In this document: positions 63,105-64,000 of the stretch, piece after piece
How the letters are laid out: every line of letters begins with the position of its first letter
How positions within the stretch are numbered: position 1 is the first letter of the stretch
Source of the DNA: Scyliorhinus canicula
Lineage: Eukaryota
Length of the DNA stretch: 64,000 nt
Reading direction: 5' to 3'
Assembly (NCBI RefSeq): GCF_902713615.1
Contig: NC_052158.1
Span: 52,856,823 to 52,920,822, forward strand
The notes under the pieces: model-generated
Database searches by the model: none
Seen by the model: the letters and a program-made list of their open reading frames with translations, nothing else
Told to the model about the DNA's origin: nothing
Made by a program: the position numbers and the translations under genes

Positions 63105-64000
63105 TTAATACCCCAGTACCCAGACACGGAGACCCTCTCTGACCCCATTACCCACTGAGGGTTAATACCCCAGTACCCAGACACTGAGACCCTCTCTGAC
63201 CCCATTACCCACTGACTGAGGGTTAATACCCCAGTACCCAGACACTGAGACCCTCTCTGTGTGGGCAGCACAGTGTTTAGCACATTTGCTTCACAGCTCT
63301 CGGGTCCCAGGGTCGATTTCCGGCTTGGGTCACTGTCTGTGCGGAGTCTGCACATTCACCCCATTACTGAGTGGGTTTCCTCCGGGTGCTCCGGTTTCCT
63401 CCCACAGTCCAAAGATGTGCGGGTTAGGTGGATTCGCCCTGATAAATTGCCCTTACGGGAATAGGGTGGAGGCATGGTCTTAAGTAGGGTGCTCTTTCCA
63501 AAGGCCAGTGCAGACTCGATGGGCTGAATGGCCTCCTTCTGCACTGTAAATTCTATGATTCTATGACCCCATTCCCCACAGACTGAGGGTTAATACCCCA
63601 GTACCCTGGGCAGCACGGTAGCATTGTGGATAGCACAATCGCTTCACAGCTCTCGGGTCCCAGGTTCGATTCCGGCTTGGGTCACTGTCTGTGCGGAGTC
63701 TGCACATCCTCCCCGTGTGTGCGTGGGTTTCCTCCCGGTGCTCCGGTTTCCTCCCACAGTCCAAAGATGTGCAGGTTAGGTGGATTGGCCATGATAAATT
63801 GCCATTAGTGTTGGGTGGGGTTACTGGGTTATGGTGATAGGGTGGAGGTGTTGACCTTGGGTAGGGTGCTCTTTCCAAGAGCTGGTGCAGACTCGATGGG
63901 CCGAATGGCCTCCTTCTGCACTGTAAATTCTATGATACCCAGACACTGAGACCCTCTCTGACCCCATTACCCACTGACTGAGGGTTAATACCCCAGTACC
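63105..64000. repeat. 57/61-bp tandem repeat interrupted by two V-SINEs (63262-63560 and 63608-63935)
   Basis: GGGTTAATACCCCAGTACCCAGACACTGAGACCCTCTCTGACCCCATTACCCACTGA units. Confidence 0.88.

Overview
This is repeat-dominated vertebrate DNA, most consistent with a shark or other elasmobranch: there are many tRNA-derived V-SINEs of the HE1 type with CR1-like tails, and the class I exons are shark-like. Most of the window is nested transposable elements: CR1 (one near full-length copy), L1-clade, Rex1/Babar and Penelope-like retrotransposons, several Ty3/Gypsy LTR elements, a PIF/Harbinger transposase pseudogene with MITEs, and several minisatellites. There is one 500-N assembly gap (~54743-55243). 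Three things stand out. (1) Two intact minus-strand exons (alpha1 58134-58394, alpha2 55949-56221) of an MHC class I heavy chain keep the peptide N-terminal anchor tyrosines but have lost the C-terminal anchors, so the gene looks non-classical. I could not find its leader, alpha3 or TM exons. (2) An orphan immune promoter at ~8050-8305 has an S-X-Y module with HLA-DRA-like sequence and spacing, two composite STAT(GAS)/NF-kB sites and a third GAS site, with no recognisable MHC gene attached. (3) A decayed retrovirus-like element at ~17090-22705 has RT-tether-RNase H-integrase followed by an env-like membrane ORF. All assignments come from reading motifs by eye, with no database searches, and TE boundaries are approximate.
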